A stretch of 64,000 nucleotides of DNA, taken from Candidatus Woesearchaeota archaeon. Its GTDB lineage: Archaea > Nanobdellota > Nanobdellia > Woesearchaeales > GW2011-AR4. This document shows positions 8,894 through 19,600 of the stretch, in pieces. Under the pieces are notes generated by a model that was not told the DNA's origin, did no database searches, and saw nothing but the letters and a program-made list of their open reading frames with translations. The stretch spans positions 64,365 to 128,364 of the forward strand of contig JACPIE010000040.1 in NCBI GenBank assembly GCA_016188245.1, given 5' to 3'. Positions within the stretch are counted from its first letter, which is position 1, and every line of letters begins with the position of its first letter. The position numbers were made by a program, and so were the translations under genes.

Positions 8894-10078
8894 ATGCAAA
8901 GATTGGAAGATATGTTGAAGATGGCACTGCCTGTTGGTAGCTCTGGAAGTGAAACGGCTGGATTGCATGAAGCTTATCAAAATGGAATTACAAGAAGGGG
9001 TTTTCTTGGGGGAGGGATTGCTTCAGCAGCGTTAGTGGCAAGCGGATGCGCTACAACTAAAAATACTCCACATTCTTCAATTGATGATAGAACTATACAG
9101 ACTGCTAGATCGAATAGCATAGATTCAGTACAGGACCCTTTTGTCAGGGATGTTGCGATGTACTTTGATGCCAAATTTAGGACAGGAGACGCTGCTGTTA
9201 AGGAACAAGCTGAACGAAAGTTGACGCGACAAGGAGTTGTAAAAAGAGATTTGGTATTCCCGGAAAACATTAACAGATTATTAATACCTAAAGGTGTATT
9301 TCTAACATCATATACTGTATGGCAGGGCCCTAATCAATATATTGAAACAGCTGCAATTTATAGAATAGCCAAAAAAGATTTTTTTAACGGGTTTTTTCAT
9401 AATGGAAAATGGAGCAACAGATTTTCCGGTTTTCAATTGGAAGGTTATGACCGATATTTGTTTGGTCCGCAAATCTTTGCAACGCATAAAATGCCTGCCA
9501 GATCGGTATATTATACGATTAGGCACCCAGATGGCAAAGCTGAGCGTGTCATTGGAATCCAGCAAGATGCTATACAGAGAGCTTACTCCAGATTTGGCCC
9601 AAAGATAGTGGCAGAAGTGATCCAAGATGTATCAATGGAGGAAGCCGCCCATCTTTTGTTTAGAAAACCGTATAAGTATCCAACAATGTTGGTTGGATTA
9701 GGCGCCTATAGGGTTGATGGCGATATTGATTTAAAGAGTCCAAAAGATGTTGCAGCCAAATTAGCGACGATGGAGTTAACCAAAAATCCGCTTGTAGGTA
9801 TTTATCTTGACCTAATCAGTTTTGTGAATGTAGATGGCAAAAAAGTGCCAAGGGCGCAGGCAACATACGACCCCGGAAATCAGGTTGTTCACCACAATGG
9901 TTTTCTTAGCATAGAAAATGGACTCAGGGAATTAAGTCCAAAGTTAAACAGACATAACGATAAGCTTGCAGCAAATCCGAGTGAATCATCTTATGAACAA
10001 TTGAATTATAGTTTGGCTCACCTGCTTCAAACTAAAGGCAGGGAAACTCTAATCGATTTTCCTTCCGCCGGTAGATAA
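8894..10078 (+). CDS. Tat-signal secreted protein/possible lipoprotein, paralogue of 3563..4687
   Basis: ITRRGFLGGGIA...VASGC (lipobox-like); MEEAAH aligns with MHEIGH of the paralogue. Confidence 0.7.
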   Translation: MQRLEDMLKMALPVGSSGSETAGLHEAYQNGITRRGFLGGGIASAALVASGCATTKNTPHSSIDDRTIQTARSNSIDSVQDPFVRDVAMYFDAKFRTGDAAVKEQAERKLTRQGVVKRDLVFPENINRLLIPKGVFLTSYTVWQGPNQYIETAAIYRIAKKDFFNGFFHNGKWSNRFSGFQLEGYDRYLFGPQIFATHKMPARSVYYTIRHPDGKAERVIGIQQDAIQRAYSRFGPKIVAEVIQDVSMEEAAHLLFRKPYKYPTMLVGLGAYRVDGDIDLKSPKDVAAKLATMELTKNPLVGIYLDLISFVNVDGKKVPRAQATYDPGNQVVHHNGFLSIENGLRELSPKLNRHNDKLAANPSESSYEQLNYSLAHLLQTKGRETLIDFPSAGR

Positions 10079-10173
10079 GTTTTATCTTTCTGCAGCTTTA
10101 TTTAGTAATTTTTTTCCGAAAAGCTTATTAATGACTGGTTGCAGTTTTCATTAAAAGAACGGTATTTTTAAAT

Positions 10174-13100
10174 ATGTCAAAAAAAGAGGCAGTGTTAGTA
10201 ATAATCCTAGTTATAATTGCCCTACTTGCAAATGTCTCTTATGCTGCCCAGCAGCAAAAGGGATTTTGGGCTAAAGTGAAAGAGGCAATAAACAGCCTTC
10301 TCTACTGGAGTCCAGAGGACTTGGCTTCCATTTATGCAGATGCATTAAAGACTAATGCAAAGGCAGTTAAAGATGAGAATGGGAATATTATCTTAGTGAT
10401 TGTTGAAGTAGATGGGGGAGTAATCAGAGTAACCAAGTTATCAGATATTCTAAAAACCGCTGACCAACTTCCAACTCCTGAAGAAAAAGCATCATATTTA
10501 AGAGAACTAGTCATAGCCAATGGCGGCCAAAATATTGTGGAAAGGGCAGAGTGGATAGATATAACAAAGCCTGATGTTAGCCAAGTAGCAAAAGATTTTT
10601 TTCCAGGGGTCGTGGAAAAAGTTGCAAAAGAAGAAGCAGAAAAGAATAGAGAACAGGATGCATATGTTCAGCAGCAAAAGCTTCAAGCTGCAGTTAACTT
10701 AATGAGTGACCAGGAAAAATTAGCCAAATCTTTTGAATTGTTAGAAGCTACTGAATCATTGGGTTCAGCACAGGTTTCTTATTCTGGAAACACGAGAACA
10801 ATCTCTTTTGAAGATGGAAACCAATTATCATATGTATGGAATGGCGAGGAATGGGTGCCGGAAAGTTACGAAGAGGGGGCTATTCCAGTCATTGAAGAAG
10901 AAAGTGGTGTAGTTAAAGAACCGCCTAAGTTCTTTTCTAATAAACCTAACTTTAAGCTTGTAACTGATCAATCAAATGTAAAAATTTGGCAGGAAAAAAA
11001 TATATTCATAAAGGTTATTGGAGAGGGAGCTATAAATATCGAATCTTCTGGAATGGACATTTCCAAAGCTCTTAAACTTATAGCCCTCGGAGTTCATATT
11101 GAAATTAGCAGCAACGCCCGTGGCAGTGCATTCAGGATTACTGCTGAAAAAGGTACAATTTCAGTAAGTGCCAGTGATGGAAAGGCAATCGAATTTACCG
11201 ATGTTAAAAGCATTGAGCTGTCTGAACCAAAAAATACAGTATACAACACAGAGGAAGGAATTATTCATAATGGACCGATAGTGCAAACAATAACTGTCAG
11301 AGGGAAACAAACCCAGAATATTGTTGAAACATTTGTAATTGGTGTGGCAACTATCCCTAATTTAGCTACACATGTCTTAATTAAACAGGTTAGTGCAGTG
11401 CATAGTCCTGAAATAACGGCTAGCGGAGGCGGTTTGTCTTATGATTTTGCACCTAAACAAGATGAAAAGATTACAGCAACTTTTAACGGAGAAAACCCAA
11501 TGGCTTATGAGCCTGTGAATTTAGAACATCCCTTTGAATCCTTATCCAGTTTGCAGTTTGGACCTGCTGAAATTGAAACAAAAAGAGGCAATACACTAGA
11601 AAAGCTCATAAGCAACAGTGAAAGATTTATGCTAACAAAAAGTGAAACTCAACCGAATGGAGAAAAAATAAATGATGTTTTAATTGATTTAAACCGGCCA
11701 CAAATTTTAGGAATTAGTAAGTTTACACATGAAACAACAGGTAAAGAAATGATTGCCGTCACAGTTCTGGGTGTGAATACGGCAGGGAGCCTTGAAACTA
11801 ATGTAGTGGCAATGGTAGATGATGGGAACAGCTTCAGAATGATAGATGCAATCAGCAGCAGAGGCGGAAATAGGGAGATTACCGGCGACCCGAGGTTCAA
11901 TGTTTGGGCTCCTAATGTAGAGGCATTTGATGATGGCTCGATGTTTCAAATCGTAGGAACCTCACCAACTCACTATCTGTCACAAAGGATGATGTCAATC
12001 GGTCCCAAGAGCGGATTAACAGCCAATGAATTTAGGGCAATGAGCCCATCTGCATTGGTGGAAAAGCTCCTAATCAACCCAAATCTTGGTGGAGGAATCG
12101 CTACCCCGAGTAGAAGCCAATTTCAAATGAACAATGGAGAACTATTTATCAAGTCTAATAACAACAATCAAATAAAATTAAATAATATTGAAGTTGAGTC
12201 TATTGAAGTAACCCCTCCCTATGTTAGTTTTGAAAGAGGTGCAGCTAGTCCAGGTCGGACTCTTGTTAAGGGAACAGGAGACCGAATATCTGATGGTAAA
12301 AAAGTTGAGTTTCAATTTTGGGTGGAAGATTACGGGTACCCGCCTGTAGAACCAACAATTCAAATCAATTATGTAAGAGAAAAAAAAATAGAGCTTGCTC
12401 CTGAAATTACCACAGTAATTGAACAAGAGCCAATATCCACAGAGTCTAACCCTTTCTCCATCTTCATTCCTCTGCCAACATACTACCCAGCAATTGACTT
12501 TCCAACTCGGCAGCCTCAGCCTAGGATTTGCGGCGATGGAATATTAAATGTTCCGGAGCAATGCGAAAGCCCGAACACAAATGACAATCCTTTCTGCGTC
12601 AACAACCCTATCCTGATGTGCTTAAACAGGAAAACTGCGATAAGAGATGCGTATGGGAAATGCAATTCGGGATGCAGCTGCCAATATGACAGCCCTGCAA
12701 GCGTGTCGTGCATCAAGGGATTGTGCGGGGCAAACTGCTCAAATAACAATGATTGTGCAACTGGCACGCTTTGCAGCAGAACATCGTGCTTATGCATTGC
12801 CCCTCCCCTTAATGGGCTATGCGGCGATGGAATCATCCAGTCTCCAAACAATGACAGCATACATGAAGAATGCGATGGGGATGCTGATGAAATATTGAAT
12901 GATACTGGATTCTGCAAAATTGTAAGGAAATGTGTTGACTGCAAATGGCAGCCCCTTTTAGATTCTTCTGATTCTCAGTTTGAATTATGTGATGGAATAG
13001 ACAACAACTGCAATAGTTTAATAGATGAAAACATCCAGATAACCCCGTCACAAAATGAAGAAGGCTATTGCAATAGCCAAGTTGGAGTCTGCTACAACTC

Positions 13101-16100
13101 AAAGAAGAGATGCGGCGGATTGTCTGGATTTGCAGAATGCTCAACTCAAGACTATAACTACACAGGACAATATGAGCAGGTAGAGGCATTGTGCGACAAT
13201 CTCGATAATGACTGTGATGGCTCGATTGATGAAGGCTGTCCATGTGTCATAAATTCAACAAAATCATGCGGGCAAAGCAATTTTGGAGTTTGCAAGCTGG
13301 GAGTCCAAAATTGCACTGAGCAGGGAGTCTGGGGACTGTGCCAGGGCGCCATTTACTCTGAATCAAACAAGGAAGCAGTGTGCAACAGCATTGATGATGA
13401 CTGTGACGGAATTATTGATGAAAATTTGAAGAACAGGTGCGGCGAATGCGGGCAGCTGCCTGAAGAGGTTTGCGACTATATAGATAATGACTGCGATGCG
13501 GAAATGCAAAGCCCGACAACAAAGTGCACGCAGGAATGCGTTGGAATGTGGATGCTTCAAGGTGCAAAATGCATATTCAATGAATGCGGCAGCGGGTGCG
13601 GCCCTGATAACGTTGATACTTTCAAAACTGAAGTAGAGTGCAAGATTAAATCTATGGATAGTGAAAGAATTTGCCCGCAGCGATGCGTTGGAATGTGGAT
13701 GCTTCAAGGTGCAAAATGCATATTCAATGAATGCGGCAGCGGGTGCGGCCCTGATAACGTTGATACTTTCAAAACTGAAGTAGAGTGCAGCAAGACTGCA
13801 GGGCAATTCTCCCTAAAATCAGATAAAATAACATTTGATAAAGACCAAAATTTAACTGTAACATGGAACAATCCCGGCACTGCAAATTGCGTTGATTCCC
13901 AGATATGCGAACAAAGCAATGCAGAAGCGGGTAAAAATCCAGGGTGCGGCAATGGGCAATGCATGGAATATTTGCATACTGTTACTACAACAATACCGGG
14001 CATCTGCCGCATTGTTGACGAAGGGGGGCAGGTATCCTGCGATCCCGATGGGGTTTCTGAAACTTCTACTTCATACCCTGAAAGCTGCCAGGTATGCCCC
14101 CAAGACTGCGGCCAATGCGCCCCAAAATGCACCAACACTACAACATGCGCTCCTTCAACACCGAACTACTATGATTTTATTACATTTGTGCCTTTGGGGC
14201 AGTCAAGCTATGACGGCTTTCCAATTGAATATGTAAAAGGGGCAAAAGCAGGCACAGGCAGCATTAAAGTACCTCCTGTTCCCGGCAAGTATGAGCTGGT
14301 TTATGTTGACTATTCAACCAAAAACATTATTGCCAAAGGCTCTGCTATCACCGTTAATCCGCCAAAAGATGCTGTATGCGCGGCAGATTCAAAACAATGT
14401 CCTGACGGCAGCTCAGTTGGAAGAGACCCAGCTAACAACTGCAACTTTTATCAATGCAAAAAATCAATATTAAATGCTGATTTTGCCAATCCTTGCCCTT
14501 TCGGCACAATCTGCAAGGGAGTTTACGCTGACGGCATTGACAGCAACGCAAACGGAATTATTGATGAGGGGATAGATGAAGACGTCAAGACCAATCCCTC
14601 CGGAAACTATACAAACTGGTGCGATGCAAATGCATGCACAAAGATAAAGAGGACATGCTCCAAAGTGTTGGAAGATGAATTCAAAAAAATATACAGGAAA
14701 AAAGACAAGTCAAAGCTGGAAGAATACATAAAAGGAAGCGAATATTTCTCATGCCCTCCTGATGATAGCGATGCAGTTTGCTGCGAAAATCCAAATTCAT
14801 GCGTCTACAACGGGAAGTGCTATGCCAATGGCAGCATTGAAGACATTGGCAACGACGGAATAATGGACATGTGTGTAGTAGAAAGCCCAGGAACATGGGT
14901 TGTCAATTACGAAACCAACTGCATAGACGGAATAACCAATGACGCAGATCCTTTGATAGACTGCCAAGACCCTGATTGCGATGGGTTGCCGGGCCAAAAT
15001 GGGGCAATATGCTGCCATTCTGCAAATGACTGCCCGCAGGACGACTGCGTTGCGGAAAGCTGCGCGAATAATGAATGCGCGCTCACAAGCAGAAATTTAT
15101 GCGATTCGGCCGAATGCCCCCAAAATTCATTCTGCAATGCAACAGCAGGAGACTGCAAAGCAGCGGATGAAAGCAGCAGCGTGTGCTTAAATTGTGTTGC
15201 AGACTCAACTTTAATGTCATGGAACTCCACATCCCATATTGACGCCGGCAAGGAGTATTCAAGCAATCTAAATGTGTTCAACTCATTGTTTAATTCAGAT
15301 GCGCTTTCCTGCCCGCCTTCAAGCTGCTCCAAATCAAACTGCAGCTGCTTTGATTCGTCAAACAGCATTGCAAATCACAATGCTGCAATATCTGGAGGGA
15401 ACTGCTGCGGAGACGATCCAAATGAATATTTCAAGAAAGACTATTTTGGAGGAGAATGCGCAAATAATGCAAGCGATTGTGTTTGGCCAACTGGAGACTC
15501 GCAAAAAAGCAACACAGGAAATGCTGAATGGTGGTGCTACCTTCATGAATGGTCCCAATGCGATAACAGCTCGATCGGCAGCAAAGCCGGAGCTGTAACC
15601 TGCGCCGGAATTTCTGGAAACAACAGATGGATGTTAAATCCTGCTCCTGAAAGCCAATACTCATGCAATGACTTAAAAGACAATGATGGAGACGGGGCAG
15701 CGGATTGCGAGGATAGCGACTGCTACAGCGCGCTTCAGGGGAAAGTGACAGATGGGTCAAACTCCCCAATCAACGGGGCGTCTGTGATTGTCAGGAAAGG
15801 CAGCAGCCAAATTGCATCCTTGACGACAAATTCCCAGGGAGATTATAACGCAAGCTCATTATCATGCGGAAACTATCAGGTGTCTGCTTCGCATTATGAA
15901 TATTCAACACAATCCAGGTTTTTCACGGTCAATGCATTGCAGCAGTATAACATAGACATTGTTTTGGGAGCTGAAAACTCATGCGAAGCTGACTGCACCC
16001 TGGCATATGACGAGACGATACATGCTTCCTGCGCAAACATAAACGGCTGCACCTTTTATGACGACAAAGCAAAGGAAATATGCGATTTTGCAAAGCCGGG

Positions 16101-16275
16101 CTGGGTCAGGGATTATAATGAAACACACTACATTGCTTGCGCTTCAGGCTCTCCTGAAGCCAAGATTGAGTTAAAAGCAAGCATAAGCTGCGCATCAGGA
16201 ACCCTTGTCAAGATTACAAGAATCGTGCTTTACAACGGCGAGCCTGTCAAGCTTGTTGTGGCAGCATGCGGCTAG
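10174..16275 (+). CDS. Giant (2033 aa) secreted Cys-rich surface protein
   Basis: Signal peptide, CGDGI motifs, ELCDGIDNNC/CDNLDNDCDGSIDE (MopE-like metal-binding repeats), two tandem Cys domains, and a C-terminal carboxypeptidase-regulatory-like Ig domain (GKVTD.SNSPI.GASV). Confidence 0.85.
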   Translation: MSKKEAVLVIILVIIALLANVSYAAQQQKGFWAKVKEAINSLLYWSPEDLASIYADALKTNAKAVKDENGNIILVIVEVDGGVIRVTKLSDILKTADQLPTPEEKASYLRELVIANGGQNIVERAEWIDITKPDVSQVAKDFFPGVVEKVAKEEAEKNREQDAYVQQQKLQAAVNLMSDQEKLAKSFELLEATESLGSAQVSYSGNTRTISFEDGNQLSYVWNGEEWVPESYEEGAIPVIEEESGVVKEPPKFFSNKPNFKLVTDQSNVKIWQEKNIFIKVIGEGAINIESSGMDISKALKLIALGVHIEISSNARGSAFRITAEKGTISVSASDGKAIEFTDVKSIELSEPKNTVYNTEEGIIHNGPIVQTITVRGKQTQNIVETFVIGVATIPNLATHVLIKQVSAVHSPEITASGGGLSYDFAPKQDEKITATFNGENPMAYEPVNLEHPFESLSSLQFGPAEIETKRGNTLEKLISNSERFMLTKSETQPNGEKINDVLIDLNRPQILGISKFTHETTGKEMIAVTVLGVNTAGSLETNVVAMVDDGNSFRMIDAISSRGGNREITGDPRFNVWAPNVEAFDDGSMFQIVGTSPTHYLSQRMMSIGPKSGLTANEFRAMSPSALVEKLLINPNLGGGIATPSRSQFQMNNGELFIKSNNNNQIKLNNIEVESIEVTPPYVSFERGAASPGRTLVKGTGDRISDGKKVEFQFWVEDYGYPPVEPTIQINYVREKKIELAPEITTVIEQEPISTESNPFSIFIPLPTYYPAIDFPTRQPQPRICGDGILNVPEQCESPNTNDNPFCVNNPILMCLNRKTAIRDAYGKCNSGCSCQYDSPASVSCIKGLCGANCSNNNDCATGTLCSRTSCLCIAPPLNGLCGDGIIQSPNNDSIHEECDGDADEILNDTGFCKIVRKCVDCKWQPLLDSSDSQFELCDGIDNNCNSLIDENIQITPSQNEEGYCNSQVGVCYNSKKRCGGLSGFAECSTQDYNYTGQYEQVEALCDNLDNDCDGSIDEGCPCVINSTKSCGQSNFGVCKLGVQNCTEQGVWGLCQGAIYSESNKEAVCNSIDDDCDGIIDENLKNRCGECGQLPEEVCDYIDNDCDAEMQSPTTKCTQECVGMWMLQGAKCIFNECGSGCGPDNVDTFKTEVECKIKSMDSERICPQRCVGMWMLQGAKCIFNECGSGCGPDNVDTFKTEVECSKTAGQFSLKSDKITFDKDQNLTVTWNNPGTANCVDSQICEQSNAEAGKNPGCGNGQCMEYLHTVTTTIPGICRIVDEGGQVSCDPDGVSETSTSYPESCQVCPQDCGQCAPKCTNTTTCAPSTPNYYDFITFVPLGQSSYDGFPIEYVKGAKAGTGSIKVPPVPGKYELVYVDYSTKNIIAKGSAITVNPPKDAVCAADSKQCPDGSSVGRDPANNCNFYQCKKSILNADFANPCPFGTICKGVYADGIDSNANGIIDEGIDEDVKTNPSGNYTNWCDANACTKIKRTCSKVLEDEFKKIYRKKDKSKLEEYIKGSEYFSCPPDDSDAVCCENPNSCVYNGKCYANGSIEDIGNDGIMDMCVVESPGTWVVNYETNCIDGITNDADPLIDCQDPDCDGLPGQNGAICCHSANDCPQDDCVAESCANNECALTSRNLCDSAECPQNSFCNATAGDCKAADESSSVCLNCVADSTLMSWNSTSHIDAGKEYSSNLNVFNSLFNSDALSCPPSSCSKSNCSCFDSSNSIANHNAAISGGNCCGDDPNEYFKKDYFGGECANNASDCVWPTGDSQKSNTGNAEWWCYLHEWSQCDNSSIGSKAGAVTCAGISGNNRWMLNPAPESQYSCNDLKDNDGDGAADCEDSDCYSALQGKVTDGSNSPINGASVIVRKGSSQIASLTTNSQGDYNASSLSCGNYQVSASHYEYSTQSRFFTVNALQQYNIDIVLGAENSCEADCTLAYDETIHASCANINGCTFYDDKAKEICDFAKPGWVRDYNETHYIACASGSPEAKIELKASISCASGTLVKITRIVLYNGEPVKLVVAACG
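13536..13789 (+). repeat. Intragenic tandem duplication (107 bp identical, 147-bp period)
   Basis: 13536-13642 equals 13683-13789, encoding CVGMWMLQGAKCIFNECGSGCGPDNVDTFKTEVEC twice. Confidence 0.9.
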
Positions 16276-16276
16276 A

Positions 16277-16609
16277 ATGAAAAAACAAGAACATGCAAAG
16301 AAAAAAAGGTGGAACTTTCATTTATTGGTTCCTGCACTTGTGCTTGCGGCAGTCTGGCTTGTGTTTTTCAGCATTGGCACATCAAAAAATGAAAAAGATA
16401 GTGATTATAGGGGCGAAGCAATCCAAATGGGCAAAATTGACGAGAATATTTTGAATGGGATTAAGGACATGGAATATAGCAAGGTAAAGGAAACGCTCAA
16501 TGCAACGGGCGATTTCTGCCTTGTTGTTGTTGACGGCCAGAATTCGGTTTTGCTGGAAAAGCATCCGGGCGGCAAAACTCAGGCTGAATTGTGCGATGGA
16601 ATGGTTTGA
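16277..16609 (+). CDS. Small single-TM protein related to pilus-locus protein 42510..42902
   Basis: ATG 16277; Y..(V/L)K....(T/E)GDFC...(V/E)D..(N/G) motif shared with the 42510 product. Confidence 0.6.
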   Translation: MKKQEHAKKKRWNFHLLVPALVLAAVWLVFFSIGTSKNEKDSDYRGEAIQMGKIDENILNGIKDMEYSKVKETLNATGDFCLVVVDGQNSVLLEKHPGGKTQAELCDGMV

Positions 16610-19600
16610 ATGAACAAAAATACTGCAAAGAAAATTTTGCTGATGATGATGGTAGTGCTGTCTCTGCTGCAGGCCTCTTATGCCGCAAAATGCGATGACC
16701 TTGCGTGCTCTTCGCAGGGGAAAACGTGCATTATTTCAAAAGGAAATGCAAAATGCGCCGATTACTGCAGAACGAAAAACAATAAAACGGCAGCCCCCGC
16801 AAATGCATGCTCTATTGAAAGAGAGTATTGCAATCCATCAACTTTAAAACTTGAGAGCAGGTGCAATATATGCGGCTGCAATAAAGGAGAAGAGTGCAGG
16901 CCTGACGGAAGATGCGTTAAGGTATGCACTGACGGGACTGAAGGCGGAAAATGCTCTCTGCAAAAGCCATTTTTCTGCAATAACGGGATTTTGGAGCAAA
17001 AATCACAGGTATGCGGCTGCGATACCGGAAAAGAGCCTTATCCTGGCGGAACTTGCGCAAAAACAGGCTTTGTTGAAGACACTAGGAAAGAGGACTTTGC
17101 AGAGGGGGACATTGGGTTTGAGCAGGCTTCATTCGTATTCGACAAAAATTCCAATCTTGTTGAGCAGACAGATTTCATAAAAAAACACAGGAGGGCAGAG
17201 ATTATAGAAGGAGGGATTGAAGACCTTGCACTTCAGGGAGAGCCTTTTGCCTCTTCTAATTATCCCGGGCACCCTAATCTCAGCTATAAGCCAAGCCCCA
17301 TTTGCGTTAAAAGCCTTTTGTTGTTCTGCGACTGGATTTCAGACACAAATGAGCCAAGGCACCAAAACCAGCATATTGGAATAAAGTGGCAAACTCCGCG
17401 GACGTTTGATACTGTCTCATTTGCCCAATCATATCTGCACGCAAAAGGCTACAAAATACAATATTTGAAAGACGGAAGCTGGGTCGATGCAACTCAAGAA
17501 AAATCGCTTAGTTATTACCCAAAAGATTATTCCGCCGATTTAAGCAATTTCAATGAAAAACAAGGGGCAAGGCTCATTGAGACAGCAAGCTTCGAGCCTG
17601 TTACATCAACAGCAATGCGAATATTTTTTCCTGAATGCAGCCTGAACTGCAGAGTGGCAAGATTAAATATTTACAACCGAGATGCTGACGAGCTAAGATT
17701 CGCTCCGTTTATGGGCAACCTTGACTTGGGGCACAGGGGATATTATGACCATGCGGCGTTTGTATCAAAAGTCCACGATACTGAAAATGCAGAAACAAGA
17801 TTTGACAGCATTTCAATGAGCTACAGGATAGTAGGCATTCCAAAATCAAAGGGCGTGAACATAGCCCCTGAAGGAAAGCCGATTACTGATGATTACGATT
17901 TAGAAAATGCAAAACAGCTAAGCGATGACAAGCTCTTGAGCCTTCCAACTATAAATGACAAATGGCTTGTATTCCAAGGAGTTGCATCAAAAATTCCTTT
18001 TTACTGGCTTGTCGCCGGCTCATGGGTGAATGGGTACGCAGGCATAGAATGGGACACCACGAGAAAAATCAACAGAGTAAATGTGTATACGGCCACGCCA
18101 ACTCTGCCGTGCAAATCATTCTATGATGTAGAATACTGGGATGGAAACAAATGGAAAAGGGCTGCAAGAGGCTATAACAAGGCAAGCAACGACTATTTTG
18201 ATATGGAATGCGGCTTTAATTCCAATGTGGTATCAACATTTGCAATGGCAGAAGTTTTTGATACTGTAACCACGACCAAGATAAGGGTAAAGCCGCAGTC
18301 ATGGCTTTATATTGCGGAGATTGAGGCTTTTGAGCCTGAAGAATCAACTGGGTTCCAGGCAGGCACGGCAAACGCATCTGTAAAAGTTCAGATAAAAACA
18401 GCGCCAAGCAACAATGGCAAGGTAGGAATCTGGACTGATTGGATGGGGCCCGATGGAACAGACAAGACTTATTTCACAAAACAAAATGAAAAAATAAACA
18501 TAACCATAAAGACAATTTACGATACTGGATTTAAACCCCCTTCCAGCACCGGACTTAAATTCAATGCATGGTCAAGTCCGGAAAATGCGCATCAATCCGA
18601 TGGAAAATTCACTTCCCGCTCATTCAATCTTGCTAATCTATTCAGCAAAAGCGAAGGGGATTCTATAATCTGGACACTAATGAATCCAAAGTCGGAATGG
18701 GGCGCAAGATATCTTCACAAAACTTTGGCTTTCAATGATAAAATCTGGGTGATAGGCGGGCATTCGTCCACCGGGCAAACAAGGTATGGGTGGTTTAATG
18801 ATGTTTGGTCTTCAGGTGATGGAATCAAGTGGGAAAAAACTTCGCCCCAAAATGATTACATCGGCATGCTAATGGAAACATTCGCAATGACTACTTTGGT
18901 TTACAATGGCAAGATGTGGCATATAGGTGGAAACAATGTAAATTTCCTTCCAGCGAGAGCCAATGTTTTTTCCTCGCCGGATGGATATACCTGGACAGAA
19001 GTTATAAGGCAGGCTGCATGGGTTCCAAGATGGAGCCATTCATCAGTGGTTCACGATAACAAGATGTGGGTTATTGGAGGGTATACAGTAAATCCTTGGG
19101 GCGCATCCAGAACTCAAGTCTATGTTCCGGAATCATATCTTAATGATGTATGGCACTCAACTGACGGAGTGGCATGGACGCAAGCAACCAAAAATGCCTC
19201 ATGGTCGGGAAGATATCAGCATGCATCAGTTGCCTTCGACGGGAAAATATGGGTTATGGGGGGAATCTCCTATAAAGAAGGCGTCGTAAATGATGTATGG
19301 TACTCAGAAGATGGCATTAGTTGGACACTTGCTACACAACATGCCCCATGGAGTCCAAGAAGCAATTTTGAAGCTGTAGTCTACGATGACAAAATCTGGG
19401 TTCTGGGTGGAAGCGGTGCAAGCGACGCTTGGTTCTCAAGCGATGGAGTCAAATGGGCAAGAGCTACTCCGAACTCGGCAGTATTGCAGAGATCAGGATT
19501 CAGCGCAACTGTTTTCAAAAATAAGCTTTACTTTACAGGGGGGATTAAAGACTCAAATTACTTCAATGATGTATGGCATTCTGATTTGGTGGGGTGCGAT

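Noticed and set aside
13536..13789. Tandem duplication as a DGR template/variable repeat
   Set aside because: The copies are identical over 107 bp, in frame and adjacent, with no A-specific mismatches.
18700..19600. Recurrent AATGATGTATGG-like motifs as DGR or DNA repeats
   Set aside because: Explained by Kelch-like protein repeats. There is no adenine-specific TR/VR pair and no reverse transcriptase in the window.
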